Below, piece after piece: positions 35,111-44,145 of a stretch of DNA of 61,105 nucleotides. The notes beneath the pieces were generated by a model. The model worked only from the letters and a program-made list of their open reading frames with translations. It did no database searches and was not told the origin of the DNA. Location: assembly GCA_003222385.1 (NCBI GenBank), contig QHVV01000032.1:1-61105 (forward strand). The letters run 5' to 3'. Position 1 is the first letter of the stretch. Every line of letters starts with the position of its first letter. The translations under genes and the position numbers were made by a program. The DNA comes from Acidobacteriota bacterium. GTDB taxonomy: Bacteria; Acidobacteriota; Thermoanaerobaculia; UBA5066; Gp7-AA6.

Positions 35111-35518
35111 ATGAACCGCTCCATCCTGGCATGCGTGGAGGACCTCTTCTTCCGGTCCAAAATCGAAGCGACCGGCCGTCACCTGAACGTGTCGGTGCGT
35201 TTCGCGGACTCGAAGGATCTGGCCGCGGCCGCGCGCCAGGAGGACACCGCCGCCATTCTCCTGGAGCTCTCGACGAACGGCGCCTGTTTCGATGCGGTGC
35301 GCAAGCTGCGGCAGCAGGCGGAGACCCGGGATCTGCCGGTGATCGGGTTCCTGCGCCACACCGATCGGGAACTGGCGAAGCAGGCCGAGGCGGCGGGTCT
35401 GACCCGCGTGCTGCCGAGGAGCGAGTTCTCGGAAACCCTTCCCGATCTGGTCATGGATCTACTCGCCCCCGGCACGAAGCGCGAGATTCCGGAAGAGCCC
35501 GAGCTGCCGGACGAGTAG
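35111..35518 (+). CDS. stand-alone degenerate receiver (REC-like) domain protein
   Basis: CheY-like layout: ILACVEDLFF (beta1), AAILLELS (beta3, Glu where the phospho-Asp is expected), LPVIGFL (beta4), AGLTRVLPRSEF (beta5, no obvious Lys). Alignment by eye. Confidence 0.6.
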   Translation: MNRSILACVEDLFFRSKIEATGRHLNVSVRFADSKDLAAAARQEDTAAILLELSTNGACFDAVRKLRQQAETRDLPVIGFLRHTDRELAKQAEAAGLTRVLPRSEFSETLPDLVMDLLAPGTKREIPEEPELPDE

Positions 35519-35525
35519 CCGTCGC

Positions 35526-36659
35526 ATGGCTCGAGGCGTGCGCGGCCCGACGCGGCGCGACATCATCCGGTCGGCCGCGATTCTTCCTGTGGTCGCTCAG
35601 GTTCGAACGAGAGCTCCAGCTCGCGCGGCGTCACTTCCGGTCGTCATCGCGTCGGCGAACATGAAGAGCCCGACCGAATCCGGCGGCCTGAACGCGGTCC
35701 GCAAGGCCTGGGAGATCCTGGCGGCGGGAGGAGATCCGGTCGATGCCGTCGTGTCCGGCGTGAATCTCGTCGAGAACGACCCGGACGACGTCACGGTCGG
35801 ATACGGCGGGATCCCGAACGAAGAGGGGGTCGTCCAGCTCGACGCCTCGGTGATGGACGGTCGGACGATGAAGGCCGGCGCGGTCGGTGCCCTCGAGCGG
35901 ATCAAGAACCCTTCGAAGGTCGCCCGGCTCGTGATGGAGAGAACCAACCGTGTCTTCGTGGTCGGAGAAGGGGCGCTCAAGTTCGCGAAAGCCCACGGCT
36001 TTGCCGAAGAGAACCTCCTGACCGAGCGTTCCCGGAAAATCTGGCTCTACTGGAAGGAGAAGCTGTCGGGCAAGGACGACTGGATGCCGGCCGGGAACGA
36101 GGAGGAAAAGGACCCCGACATCCGCTGGTACATCGAGAAATACGGCGTGGAGGACTTCCGGCCGCAGGGCACCATCAACTGCGACGCGGTCACCGCGAGC
36201 GGCGACATCGTCGGGACGACGACGACATGCGGCCTGTTTTTCAAAATCCCCGGGCGCCTGGGCGACTCGCCGGTCATCGGGGCCGGTCTCTACGTCGACA
36301 ACGACGTCGGCGCCTGCGGCTCGACCGGCTGGGGAGAAGGGAACCTCCGCTCCTGCGGATCTCATACCGTGGTCGAGATGATGCGCCAGGGGAAGTCGCC
36401 CGAGGAGGCGGCTCTGAAAACGCTCGAGAGGATCGTCGCGTTCGCGAAGGACAACCGGGAGAGCTCGGGCCGTCCGAAATTCCAGACCGTGTTCTACGCG
36501 GTCAACAAACGCGGCGAATACGCCGGAGCCTCCGTTTACGACGGCGCGTACGGCTCGACCGGCCGGTTCTCGCGTGCGAAGTTCGCGGTCGCCGACTCCT
36601 CCGGCGCGCGCCTCCTGGAGACCGCGTACCTGTTCAAGAAGGAGAAGCCCTCGCGCTGA
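35526..36659 (+). CDS. Ntn-hydrolase, glycosylasparaginase / isoaspartyl peptidase (asparaginase 2) family, Tat-type signal
   Basis: TRRDIIRSAAIL twin-Arg motif. QGTINCDAVTASGDIVGTTTTCGLFFKIPGRLGDSPVIGAGLYVD parallels HDTIG...GTSTNG..FK..GRVGDSP.PGAGAY of glycosylasparaginases. Confidence 0.85.
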   Translation: MARGVRGPTRRDIIRSAAILPVVAQVRTRAPARAASLPVVIASANMKSPTESGGLNAVRKAWEILAAGGDPVDAVVSGVNLVENDPDDVTVGYGGIPNEEGVVQLDASVMDGRTMKAGAVGALERIKNPSKVARLVMERTNRVFVVGEGALKFAKAHGFAEENLLTERSRKIWLYWKEKLSGKDDWMPAGNEEEKDPDIRWYIEKYGVEDFRPQGTINCDAVTASGDIVGTTTTCGLFFKIPGRLGDSPVIGAGLYVDNDVGACGSTGWGEGNLRSCGSHTVVEMMRQGKSPEEAALKTLERIVAFAKDNRESSGRPKFQTVFYAVNKRGEYAGASVYDGAYGSTGRFSRAKFAVADSSGARLLETAYLFKKEKPSR

Positions 36660-36668
36660 GGCGCTCGA

Positions 36669-36941
36669 TCAGGGCGTCGGGCTCGGTCCGCGGCCTCCCG
36701 AGAGAATCGAGTTGACGGCGTCGATGCGGCGCTCGAGTACGCGGCGGAGCTTCCCGATCTCGGAATCGCCTGCCGCGACGCGCACGCTGTCTCCCTGGAA
36801 CTCGAAACGCAGGATCGCATCCCGGTCCTCGCGGGTCATCCCGAGGATTCCGGCGCGGTAGGCGCGCATCCACTCCGGCGAGGGCTCGGAGTCGAAACGC
36901 AGGCGGAACCAGGTCTTTCCGTCGGCCGCCCCCTCCGCCAT
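36669..36941 (-). CDS. hypothetical protein (90 aa)
   Basis: ATG at 36941 with GAGG 6 nt upstream (the track start 36965 is a GTG further up). Sequence MAEGAADGKTWFRLRFDSEPSPEWMRAYRAG... No family recognised. Confidence 0.45.
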   Translation of the reverse strand: MAEGAADGKTWFRLRFDSEPSPEWMRAYRAGILGMTREDRDAILRFEFQGDSVRVAAGDSEIGKLRRVLERRIDAVNSILSGGRGPSPTP

Positions 36942-37081
36942 CGGCGCCTCGTTCGAGAGATACACGCGGTGGGTGGGGGGCGCTTCGCCGGGGCGGCGCC
37001 GGTTGGGCTTGCGGTACTGGGGTCTTCTGGGAATCGGAGCCTCCTTGGTCGAACCCGCGGGAGATTCTATCCCGGCGCCTT

Positions 37082-37209
37082 GTCATTCCGAGGAGCAAAG
37101 CGACGAGGAATCTCCGGCCCTATAGGGAAAAGATTCCTCGCGGAGCCTGCTCTGAGCGGAGCACTCACTTGGAAACGACGTCGGGATTCCTCGCTGCGCT
37201 CGGAATGAC
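37082..37209. repeat. composite copy of the GTCATTCCGAGG...GGAATGAC palindromic element
   Basis: Outer arms GTCATTCCGAG (37082..37092) and CTCGGAATGAC (37199..37209). Inner hairpin CGAGGAATCT (37104..37113) / AGATTCCTCG (37131..37140). The left arm is about the reverse complement of 30862..30892. Confidence 0.7.
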
Positions 37210-37237
37210 AGCCTGGGGCGAAGGGCTCGGAATGATC

Positions 37238-38563
37238 TCACGCGTCGAACGAGCCGGCCGAGACGATCGTGAACCGGTCCGGGTCCACGCGCTTCGCGAA
37301 GGCGGCGTCCGCCTCTTCCCGGGTGACCGCCCCGACGAGGGACGGGTACTCGTCGAGATAGGAGACGCCGAGCCCGTAGTAGACGGCGGCGTCGATCGCA
37401 TGCGCGATCCCGCCGTTCGACGCGAGGTCTACCTTGAAGCGTCCGACGTGAGAGCTCTGCTCGTCGGCGAGCTCCTTCGGCGTCATCCCTTCCCGGCGGA
37501 AGCGAACGATCTCCTCGAGCGTCGCGGCGACCGCCGCGTCGCGGCTCTCCGGCTTGACCGTGAGGCTGACGGAGAACGGCCCGGCGAGGTGGGTCGCCGC
37601 GAAACCGGAATGGATTCCGTACGTCAGACCCTCGGTGTCGCGAACCCGCACGCCCAGCCGCGACGTGAGCGACGACTGGCCGAGCGCCGAGTTGGCGAGG
37701 ATGCACGCGACGTACTCCGGGTCCAGTCTCGCCAGGTCCGACGGCTGGGCGAGGACGACGTCCGCGCTCGCTTTGTCCGGCATCCGAATCGATTCGGAGC
37801 CGGGGGCCGCAGGGACCGGATCCGGTTTCGGGATCTCGGCAGCGGGGCCGAGCCGCCAGGAACCGAGCCGCCGCTCGAGCCCGTCCAGCATCTTCCCGGA
37901 ATCCACGTCGCCGACCAGAACGAGGAGAAGCGTCCCGGCGCCGTACCGCTCTTCGTAGAACCGGACGAGCTCGTCGCGGGAGACCGACTCGACGGCGGCG
38001 ATCCGCTCTTCGACGGGCCGCCGGTAGAAGGGGTGACCGGGAGGATAGATCCGCCGGTACGCGGCCTCGAACGCCCGGACGGACGTCTCGTCCTGCTGCT
38101 CGCGGAGCACACCCACCAGCCGCTTGCGCTCTTTCTCGAGCTCCTCTTCCGGGAACCGGGGCGAAAGAAGGACCTCCGCGAGGACGTCGAGCAGCACTTC
38201 CACGTCGCGCGAGAGCGACGCGGCGGCGATGTCCACGCCGACCGGGTCCCCGCCGCCCGCCGAGAAGGAGAGGCTCGCGCCGCGGCTCTCGAGCTCCTCC
38301 GCGATCTCGAGCTTGGTCGAGCGGGAGGTGCCCTTCGCGAGCTCGCCGGCCGTCACCGACGCGAGGAGCCGCCGGTCGGGCGGCGCAAAAAGACTCCCGC
38401 CGTTCATCGATCCCGAAACCGCGACGGTCGGATTGAACCGGTTCTCGAGCACGAAAAGACGCGCGCCGTTGCCAAGGGTGCGGCGGCGAACCGACTCCTC
38501 GAAAGACGCCCTGCGACGCGGAAACACCGATGCCTTCGCGGCGCCGGGGACGGGGCCCGTCAC
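37238..38563 (-). CDS. M16-family peptidase, non-catalytic (beta-type) subunit
   Basis: GTG at 38563 overlaps the stop of the upstream M16 gene (GTGA). M16 fold pattern without an HxxEH motif. The N-terminal 335 codons of the track ORF 37238..39568 are an alternate frame of the upstream gene. Confidence 0.82.
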   Translation of the reverse strand: MTGPVPGAAKASVFPRRRASFEESVRRRTLGNGARLFVLENRFNPTVAVSGSMNGGSLFAPPDRRLLASVTAGELAKGTSRSTKLEIAEELESRGASLSFSAGGGDPVGVDIAAASLSRDVEVLLDVLAEVLLSPRFPEEELEKERKRLVGVLREQQDETSVRAFEAAYRRIYPPGHPFYRRPVEERIAAVESVSRDELVRFYEERYGAGTLLLVLVGDVDSGKMLDGLERRLGSWRLGPAAEIPKPDPVPAAPGSESIRMPDKASADVVLAQPSDLARLDPEYVACILANSALGQSSLTSRLGVRVRDTEGLTYGIHSGFAATHLAGPFSVSLTVKPESRDAAVAATLEEIVRFRREGMTPKELADEQSSHVGRFKVDLASNGGIAHAIDAAVYYGLGVSYLDEYPSLVGAVTREEADAAFAKRVDPDRFTIVSAGSFDA

Positions 38564-39924
38564 GCTGCCGGCGGTTCCTTCGGAAGGTAGAGTCCGGTGG
38601 TCAGCCCATCGTCGCGAAAGTAGCTCGCCGCGACACGGCGGACGTCGGCGGCAGTCACGCTGGCCACCAGGTCGGGATAGTCCGCGTACCAGTCCCAGTC
38701 GGCGACCGCGATCGCCTGGGAAAGCGAGGCGGCGACCTGGTCTGTCGAGTCCCGGTCGAAGATCACCTCGGCCTCGATCTGGGTCCGCGCCTTCTGCGCT
38801 TCCTCTTCGGTGATGCCTTCGGAAACGACTCGGGCGACCTCCCGCCGGATCCGCGCCTCGACGTCTCCGGGCAGGACGCCCGGCCGCACGGGCGCGAAGA
38901 TCGAGAACAGGGCGGGATCGCGAAGCTGCCAGGGGACGACCGTCACCGAGAGAGCGAGGCTCTCCTCGACCAGCGCGAGATGGAGTCGCGCCGTCAGGCC
39001 AACGCCGAGGATGTTTCCGAGGACGGCCAGTGCGGCGGTATCGGGATGCCGCGCCTCGACCGTTCTCCAGGAGAGCGCGAGCCACGCGATCTGCGCGGTC
39101 CGTCGAACGACGAAGCGCCTCTCCCCCTCCTGCGGCGGCTCCACGGTGTAGACGGGCGGAATCGGACGCGCCGACGCCGGAATCAGGCCGAAGTGCCGAG
39201 CGACCGTCGCGAGCGCCTCGCGCTCCTCGAAGTCGCCGATCAGGATCGCCGTCGCGTTGTTCGGATGGTAGAAGACGTCGTAGAACTCCTTCAAGCGGTG
39301 GGTCGAGACGCTCTCGATGTCCGTGCGCCATCCGATCGTCGGATGGTGGTACGGATGCTCCCGGAACGCCGTGGCGAACGTGTCCTTGTACAGCACCTGG
39401 AAGGGAGAGTTCTCGCCTCGCTCGTACTCGTTGCGCACGACGGTCATTTCCGGGACCCGGTCGGAATCGCGCAGGAGGGCGCCGCGCATCCGTGACGCTT
39501 CGATGCGCACGGCGGTCTCGATCGAGTCGGAGGGAACGGTCTCGTAGTAGTTCGTCCGGTCGAACCACGTCGTGGCGTTGAACCGCGCCCCCAGGGCCTC
39601 GAGCACCGCGGCGATCGCCGTTCCCTTCTCGCGGTCGAACTCCGGAGTTCCCTTGAACATCAGGTGCTCGAGGAGATGGGTCGCGCCCGTGTGTCCGACC
39701 GCTTCGTTGCGGCTGCCCACGCGGTAGACGACCGCGAACGTGGCGACGGGCGCGACGTCATTGGAGAGCAGCAGCGTCTGGAGGCCGTTCGAGCGGAGCC
39801 GGAATTCGCGGATGCCCGCCTTTTCCCGGACGAAATCGAAATCCGGATGTCCCGGGAGAGCGTCGGAGACGCCGTTTTCGGAAAGGGGGACTTCGGCCGG
39901 GCGACTCTCGACTCGGGTCTCCAA
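38560..39924 (-). CDS. M16-family zinc peptidase (pitrilysin family), catalytic subunit
   Basis: GHTGATHLLEHLMFKGT contains the inverted zincin motif HxxEH. 454 aa. Confidence 0.9.
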   Translation of the reverse strand: METRVESRPAEVPLSENGVSDALPGHPDFDFVREKAGIREFRLRSNGLQTLLLSNDVAPVATFAVVYRVGSRNEAVGHTGATHLLEHLMFKGTPEFDREKGTAIAAVLEALGARFNATTWFDRTNYYETVPSDSIETAVRIEASRMRGALLRDSDRVPEMTVVRNEYERGENSPFQVLYKDTFATAFREHPYHHPTIGWRTDIESVSTHRLKEFYDVFYHPNNATAILIGDFEEREALATVARHFGLIPASARPIPPVYTVEPPQEGERRFVVRRTAQIAWLALSWRTVEARHPDTAALAVLGNILGVGLTARLHLALVEESLALSVTVVPWQLRDPALFSIFAPVRPGVLPGDVEARIRREVARVVSEGITEEEAQKARTQIEAEVIFDRDSTDQVAASLSQAIAVADWDWYADYPDLVASVTAADVRRVAASYFRDDGLTTGLYLPKEPPAA

Positions 39925-39925
39925 A

Positions 39926-40819
39926 CTAGCGCCCGCCCGCGACGTCTTCGCCGCCGTCCACGCCGATGACGTTGCCGCTCACCCAGGCCGCGCCGTCCGA
40001 ACACAGCGCGACCAGAGCGCCGGCGACGTCGGCCGGAGTCGTCAGGCGCCCGGCCGGGTGCATCGAGAGAACCCGCTCGATCATCTGCTCGTTGCCCGGA
40101 ATCTTGCGCAGCGCGGGCGTGTCGGTAACTCCGGCCCGCAGGGCGTTGACCGAAATGCGGTGCGGCGCGAGCTCGACCGCGAGCTGGCGGATGTGCGACT
40201 CGAGAGCGGCCTTCGCCGCCGACACCGCTCCATACGCCGGCCAGACGATGTGGTCTCCCGCCGAGGTCATCGCGAAGATCCGCGCTCCCGGAGCGAGCAG
40301 ACCGGCGAAGAAGAGGTCCTGTGTCCAGTAGACGAAGGAATTGCCCATCACGTCGACCGTCATCTCCAGCTGCGCTTTCGTCATCGCGTTCTCGCGGGGC
40401 TCCGCGAAAAAGGGCTTGAGCGTCCCGAACGCGAGGGAATGGAGGACGACGGAGACGCGACACTCCGGCGCGTCCTGCCCGCAGGCGCGCGAGATCGCCG
40501 CCATGACCTCGCCCCGCCGCGCGTCGTCGGCCGCGTTGACGTTGAAGAACTCGGCCTTCCGGCCGGCTGCAGCGATCTCCGTGACGATCCGGTCGGCGTT
40601 CGGCTGAGTGGACTTCCGGTCGAGGTGGACGCCGAAGACGTTCCAACCGGCTTTCGCGAGCGCGATCGAGCACGCCTCGCCGAAACCGGAAGAGGCGCCG
40701 AGCACGAGGGCCCACCGCGAACGGGTTTCCGAGGTCAAAACGGCGCGGATGTTAGCACGCGAAAAGCGATCCGCCGGGCGACTGATCGTCTGCGTTCTCG
40801 CGCTGTAAACTCCGAACAT
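39926..40819 (-). CDS. SDR-family oxidoreductase, enoyl-ACP-reductase (FabL)-like
   Basis: ALVLGASSGFGEA Rossmann motif. …AYGAVSAAKAAL… is YxxxK-like. The start is uncertain (ATG 40819 or TTG 40738). Confidence 0.75.
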   Translation of the reverse strand: MFGVYSARTQTISRPADRFSRANIRAVLTSETRSRWALVLGASSGFGEACSIALAKAGWNVFGVHLDRKSTQPNADRIVTEIAAAGRKAEFFNVNAADDARRGEVMAAISRACGQDAPECRVSVVLHSLAFGTLKPFFAEPRENAMTKAQLEMTVDVMGNSFVYWTQDLFFAGLLAPGARIFAMTSAGDHIVWPAYGAVSAAKAALESHIRQLAVELAPHRISVNALRAGVTDTPALRKIPGNEQMIERVLSMHPAGRLTTPADVAGALVALCSDGAAWVSGNVIGVDGGEDVAGGR

Positions 40820-40832
40820 GGAGGGGCTTAGG

Positions 40833-42214
40833 ATGCGACGTCGTCGCGTGATCGGAACTCTTCTGCTCGCTCTCCCCGCCTTCTTGGCAGGAGCGCAGCA
40901 GCCGTCTCTCCCGGCGGCTCCGGCGGGGCGGCAGGACCTCGTCGTGACGAATCAGAACCTCGGGGTCGTCGTCGAAAGCCGATCGGTCTCCCTGCCGGCC
41001 GGACGATTCGAGCTGCGCTGGGAAGGGACGCCCGCGGCGGCGCGGACGGAGACGTGGACGGTGACCAACGCGCGCGAGGCGCGCATTCGCTGGCTCGGTC
41101 TCTCCGGGCCGCTGCCCGGGACCGGAGCCGCGGATTCGGAGTGGCTCCGCGGCCTCGTCGGCAAACACGTCCGGATCGCGCGCCCGGGAGGCTCGACGGC
41201 CGAGGCTGAAGTCCTCGCGGTGTACGGCGCGACTGCCGCCCCGTGTTCCGGGAAGGCGCTGAGCTCGTTTACGGCGAGCCCAGTGCGCGCTTGTTGCTCC
41301 GGCCCGAGCCGGGCGCGGCCGCCCGCCCCGACGGAGTCGTCCTGCGCTTCGACAGCGAGCGCGCCGGAAACCGGATGATCACGTCGCGCTATCTCGTCGG
41401 GGAGGTTTCCTGGGAGGCAAGCTACGCGCTGTCGCTCGCCGCCGACGAAAAACGGGGACACCTCGAGGGCTGGTTCGTCGTCGACAACCGGAGCGGCGGA
41501 GACTTCACGCCCTCGCGGCTGCGGTTGCTCGCGGGGACGCTGCGCGTGGCCGCGACACCGGCTCCGCGCCCGATGGTGGATCGCCTCCAGGTCGCGATGG
41601 AGAAGGTCGCTTCGTCCGAGGAGCTCTCGGAGGCCCGGGTCTACGAGGTTGCCTCGCCCCCCCGGCTAGCCGCCGGCCGGACCACCCTTCCGCTCGCCTC
41701 GGACGCCGAGGTCGTCGTCGAGAAGCGCTACGTCGCGCGCTCGACCTACTGGATGGGCGCGAACGAAGAGCCGCAGCGGATCCCGGTCGGAGTGCAGTAC
41801 CGGGTCGCGACGCGGGCGCTCGCGAAGGCGCTGCCGGCCGGCGTCGTGCGCGTGTACGTGGAGGACGGAACCGTCTTCACAGGAGAGGACCGGATCGAGC
41901 ACACGCCCGAGAGAAGCGACGTCGAGATCGAGACGTCGGAAGCGTTCGACCTGACGGCGCGCCGCCGCCAGGTCTCGTTCCAGCAGACGGGCCGCACCGA
42001 GTCGGAGTCCTCGTACGAAGTCGAGATCGCGAGCCGCAAGAAGGAGCCGGTCACGGTGCTCGTGCGCGAACAGTTCCCGGGAGACTGGACGGTCGTCGAA
42101 TCGTCCGTGCCTCCGAAGAAGCTCGCCGCGTTCACGGTGGAGTTCCCGGTCACCGTCCCGCCCGGCGGCGAGGCGAAGCTGACTTACCGGGTGCGGGTGC
42201 GGATCCGGGGTTAG
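40833..42214 (+). pseudogene. DUF4139 (mucoidy-inhibitor MuiA-like) protein, split by a 1-nt frameshift at a C4 run (41239..41242)
   Basis: ATG at 40833 preceded by GGAGGGG, signal peptide MRRRRVIGTLLLALPAFLAGAQQ. Frame 1 is sensible to ...AEVLAVYGATAAP, then turns Ser/Pro/Arg-rich. The sequence continues sensibly in the next frame as VFREGAELVYGEP... to 42214. Confidence 0.72.
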
Positions 42215-44094
42215 GGGATGTAGCCGCGGATCGTCCGGACCGAGATGCCAGGCTTCGCCACCGCCACCCGGACCTCCCGATACTGTCCCGGCGGCTTCTG
42301 GGAATCGGTGCGGAAGGCGAGGACGTACTGCGACCGCAGCTCCTCCTCGATGCGGTGGGTCACCTCGGTGATCTTCGACGCGCTGCCGATCGCGAAGACT
42401 TCGCCCCCCGACTCGGTCGCGATCTGGTTGATCGCCTTGCGCGACTTGAAGTCGGTCAGCGGAATGTTGACCGCGATGAAGTAGATCGGAGAGCCCGCGG
42501 AGCGCGCGTACCGCAGCAGCGTGTCGAACTCGACGTGCGAGCGGTTGTCGGCGCCGTCGGTCACCACGACGAGGGCCTTTCTCCCCTGCAGGGCGCGGAA
42601 CTGATACAGGCCGAGGATGATCGAGTCGTAGAGCGCGGTGGCGCCTTCCGCCCGCGTCTCGCGCGACGCCCGCTGCAGCGCCCCGGAGTCGCCGGTCAGC
42701 TCCTGGAGAAAGCGCGCCCGCTCGCGGAACTCGATCACGAAGCCGTGGTCCTTCTCGCGGATCAGGTTCTGGAAGAGCTCCGCCGAGGCCTCGTGGACGA
42801 AGGGGAGGCCCTTCTCCATCGAGCCGGAACCGTCGACGACGAGGCCGATCGTGAGCGGGAGCTTGTCGGCGACCTCGAAGCCGGTCATCGCCTGCGGGCG
42901 GCCGTCTTCCTGGATCGAGAAGTCATCGCGAGCGAGACCCTTGACGAAGTGCCCGGTCTTGTCCAGGGCCGAGACGTGGAGCTGGACGACGTCGACGCGG
43001 ACGTTCTCGACGGTCGCCGACGGGCCCTTCAGCATCCGGATGTCGTTCGCTTCCTTGCCGTCTTCGGCGACCGCCGTCGCGCGGAGGAAGTTCCCGCGCG
43101 TGTACTGATCGAACGGGATCGTCGCGACGTAAGGCTCGTGCGTCCAGGAACCGACCTTCTTCTCGTCCAAGAAGAGCTCGACCAACTTCGCGATGCCGCC
43201 CGAGATCGACTGAACCGCGACGCGGACCCGGACGCGCCCCGAGGCGGGATCGGGCTGGGGAAGAACCCGGACGGCGACCCGCGCGCTTCCCTCGTTGATG
43301 GCCCAGGCGTCTTCGTCGACGACGCGGCCGGTCTCGTCGTATCCGACCGCCCGAACGGTCTGCTTCAACGGGAGGTTTCCGAGGTCGATCTCGACCGAGA
43401 ACGGGGGCCGGGTCCTCGCGAGCAGAAGCTTGTCGCCGAGGTAGAACTCGACGCGCGTGATCGGAGGCTCGACGTCGGCTTCCAGCCGGAGGAGGCCGAC
43501 CGGGGCTTCACGCGACGGCGGCAGGATCTTCAGCTTGGGATTAGTCGAGTCGGTCGGCTCGCGGGGCTGCGCCTCGTCGGCGATCACGATCGCCTCGGCT
43601 TCGGGCAGTGTCTGCGCCTCGGCCGGCGCCATCTCCGGGCGGAAGGTGATGCCGACTTCCGGCACCGACAGGTCGACCGCGCCTTCGCCGACTTCCCGGC
43701 CTCCGGGCTCCGCCACCACGAGCTTGAGGCGGTAATTCCCGGGCGGCAGCGGGCGGAGAAACGAGTAGGCGAACGTCTTGCCGTCCGTGACGTCCCCCGC
43801 CACGGGGTAGCGGAATGCCTGGACCATTTCCTCCCCGCGGCTGAACGTACCCCGCAGCTCGCCCGCGAAAGAGCGCATTCCGTGCGACGCCGCCGCCTTC
43901 GAGAGCTCCGGCGAGGACAGGCGGATCCGGACGACGGTTTTCTTTCCGGCCATGCCCAGGTACTCCGCGGTGACCTCGAGCGGAAAACGCCCGGCGGGGG
44001 TCTTGATTTCGGTCTTACGGGTTTGCGCGGACAGGGGCGTCCCGGACGACAGAGCAGCCGTGACCAGCAGGAGAAGAAGGGCTCCCCGTCGCAT
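42211..44094 (-). CDS. secreted VWA-domain protein (acidobacterial VWFA-related type)
   Basis: Signal peptide from the ATG at 44094 (MRRGALLLLLVTAALSS). C-terminal VWA with MIDAS-like LVVDGSGSM ... TALYDS ... VVVTDGADN. Resembles the TIGR03436-type family as I recall it. Confidence 0.82.
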   Translation of the reverse strand: MRRGALLLLLVTAALSSGTPLSAQTRKTEIKTPAGRFPLEVTAEYLGMAGKKTVVRIRLSSPELSKAAASHGMRSFAGELRGTFSRGEEMVQAFRYPVAGDVTDGKTFAYSFLRPLPPGNYRLKLVVAEPGGREVGEGAVDLSVPEVGITFRPEMAPAEAQTLPEAEAIVIADEAQPREPTDSTNPKLKILPPSREAPVGLLRLEADVEPPITRVEFYLGDKLLLARTRPPFSVEIDLGNLPLKQTVRAVGYDETGRVVDEDAWAINEGSARVAVRVLPQPDPASGRVRVRVAVQSISGGIAKLVELFLDEKKVGSWTHEPYVATIPFDQYTRGNFLRATAVAEDGKEANDIRMLKGPSATVENVRVDVVQLHVSALDKTGHFVKGLARDDFSIQEDGRPQAMTGFEVADKLPLTIGLVVDGSGSMEKGLPFVHEASAELFQNLIREKDHGFVIEFRERARFLQELTGDSGALQRASRETRAEGATALYDSIILGLYQFRALQGRKALVVVTDGADNRSHVEFDTLLRYARSAGSPIYFIAVNIPLTDFKSRKAINQIATESGGEVFAIGSASKITEVTHRIEEELRSQYVLAFRTDSQKPPGQYREVRVAVAKPGISVRTIRGYIP

Positions 44095-44145
44095 GTTCGG
44101 AGACTCGAACGGGGAACGGGGGGGCCGCAATTCCCGGAACGGCGT

